The position numbers were made by a program, and so were the translations under genes. A stretch of 64,000 nucleotides of DNA, taken from NCBI GenBank assembly GCA_028023455.1, contig JAQFVV010000004.1, positions 6,262,001 to 6,326,000 on the forward strand. Direction: 5' to 3'. Source of the stretch: Epiperipatus broadwayi. Lineage: Eukaryota; Animalia; Onychophora. The notes beneath the pieces are model-generated. The model ran no database searches. It saw only the letters and a program-made list of their open reading frames with translations, and was not told where the DNA came from. Of the stretch, positions 63,101-64,000 are shown piece after piece. Each line of letters opens with the position of its first letter. Positions within the stretch are counted from its first letter, which is position 1.

Positions 63101-64000
63101 ATCAATAGTTAAACAATATTAAAGATAAGTTGCCTTTGGGCCAGGTCCTTCGGATAGTTCAACATAGGTATATATATATATTGTAACTGTATACATATAT
63201 GCCCTTAAATCACTTTCAAATAAAAGTGGAAAAGATCGATAAATAAAATTTCCCTCAAATAGAAATATAAAAAATTACTAAAAATTTGTTTTAAATCAAT
63301 ATATATATATTGTAACAATTATTTATAAATTGCCATTTGTAACAATATTTTATAAATTAATATAAATATTATTATTTAGATATTAATATAAATAAATAAA
63401 ATATATTTTAACTATAATAAATATTTAATAAATTATTAATTATTAATAACTATCCAATCTTACCATTTATATATAATCACATAATAAAAATCAGACACCA
63501 CTAAAACACATTAAAATCTTATTTATTTATATATTGCATCATCTGAACAATAAACAACTCCATTTCATCTAATAAATACTATTAAATATACAACTGAATA
63601 AACCCACTTGATATTCCTACCTTATGTATCTCCAATATAGTTCTTCTAACAAAAATCCTTTCTATCCTTCTTTCCAAATATAAACATTCTTCATATCACC
63701 ATGTATTCATGACACTTATAAAAATATATTTTATAAAACTAATATTATGAAGTTGGAAAGGAGATACACTCTTTATTCAGTTTAACTAATACATTGTTTT
63801 CCCATCACTAGATGTTTTCAATCTAAAAATCTATTTATAGTACTTGATTCAAACTCATTCATACATATTTATTACACATGACTTGATGACTATTGAACAA
63901 AAACATCTTATATTTTATCTATTTTGATAAAATACAAGATCCCAATATTACCAAATTTATACTATAGATCAAAGATTCTTATAGACATTGTAGCTCATTA

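Noticed and set aside
1-64000. CRISPR arrays, operons or other prokaryotic systems
   Set aside because: The sequence is eukaryotic intron-exon DNA, and no repeat-spacer array was seen.

Overview
This is very AT-rich eukaryotic (animal, arthropod-like) genomic DNA. The whole window lies inside one minus-strand gene, phospholipase C epsilon (PLCE1-like). Nine in-phase coding exons are recoverable, covering the Y box, the C2 domain and one RA domain; both gene ends lie outside the window or were not found. One intron (43751-49686) is a minor-spliceosome AT-AC (U12) intron. The introns are filled with mobile DNA: two Gypsy LTR elements with 5-bp TSDs, two Merlin (IS1595-like) transposons with 8-bp TSDs, RTE-like and other LINE relics, a mariner relic, MITE-like hairpins and tRNA-derived SINEs. 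The most unusual content is a set of Penelope-type insertions in inverted (foldback) form with 12-14 bp TSDs. They include a non-coding, hammerhead-ribozyme-bearing foldback family with a 450-nt ribozyme-to-ribozyme repeat (retrozyme-like). About a dozen hammerhead-like motifs occur in total. All calls were made by eye without database searches.
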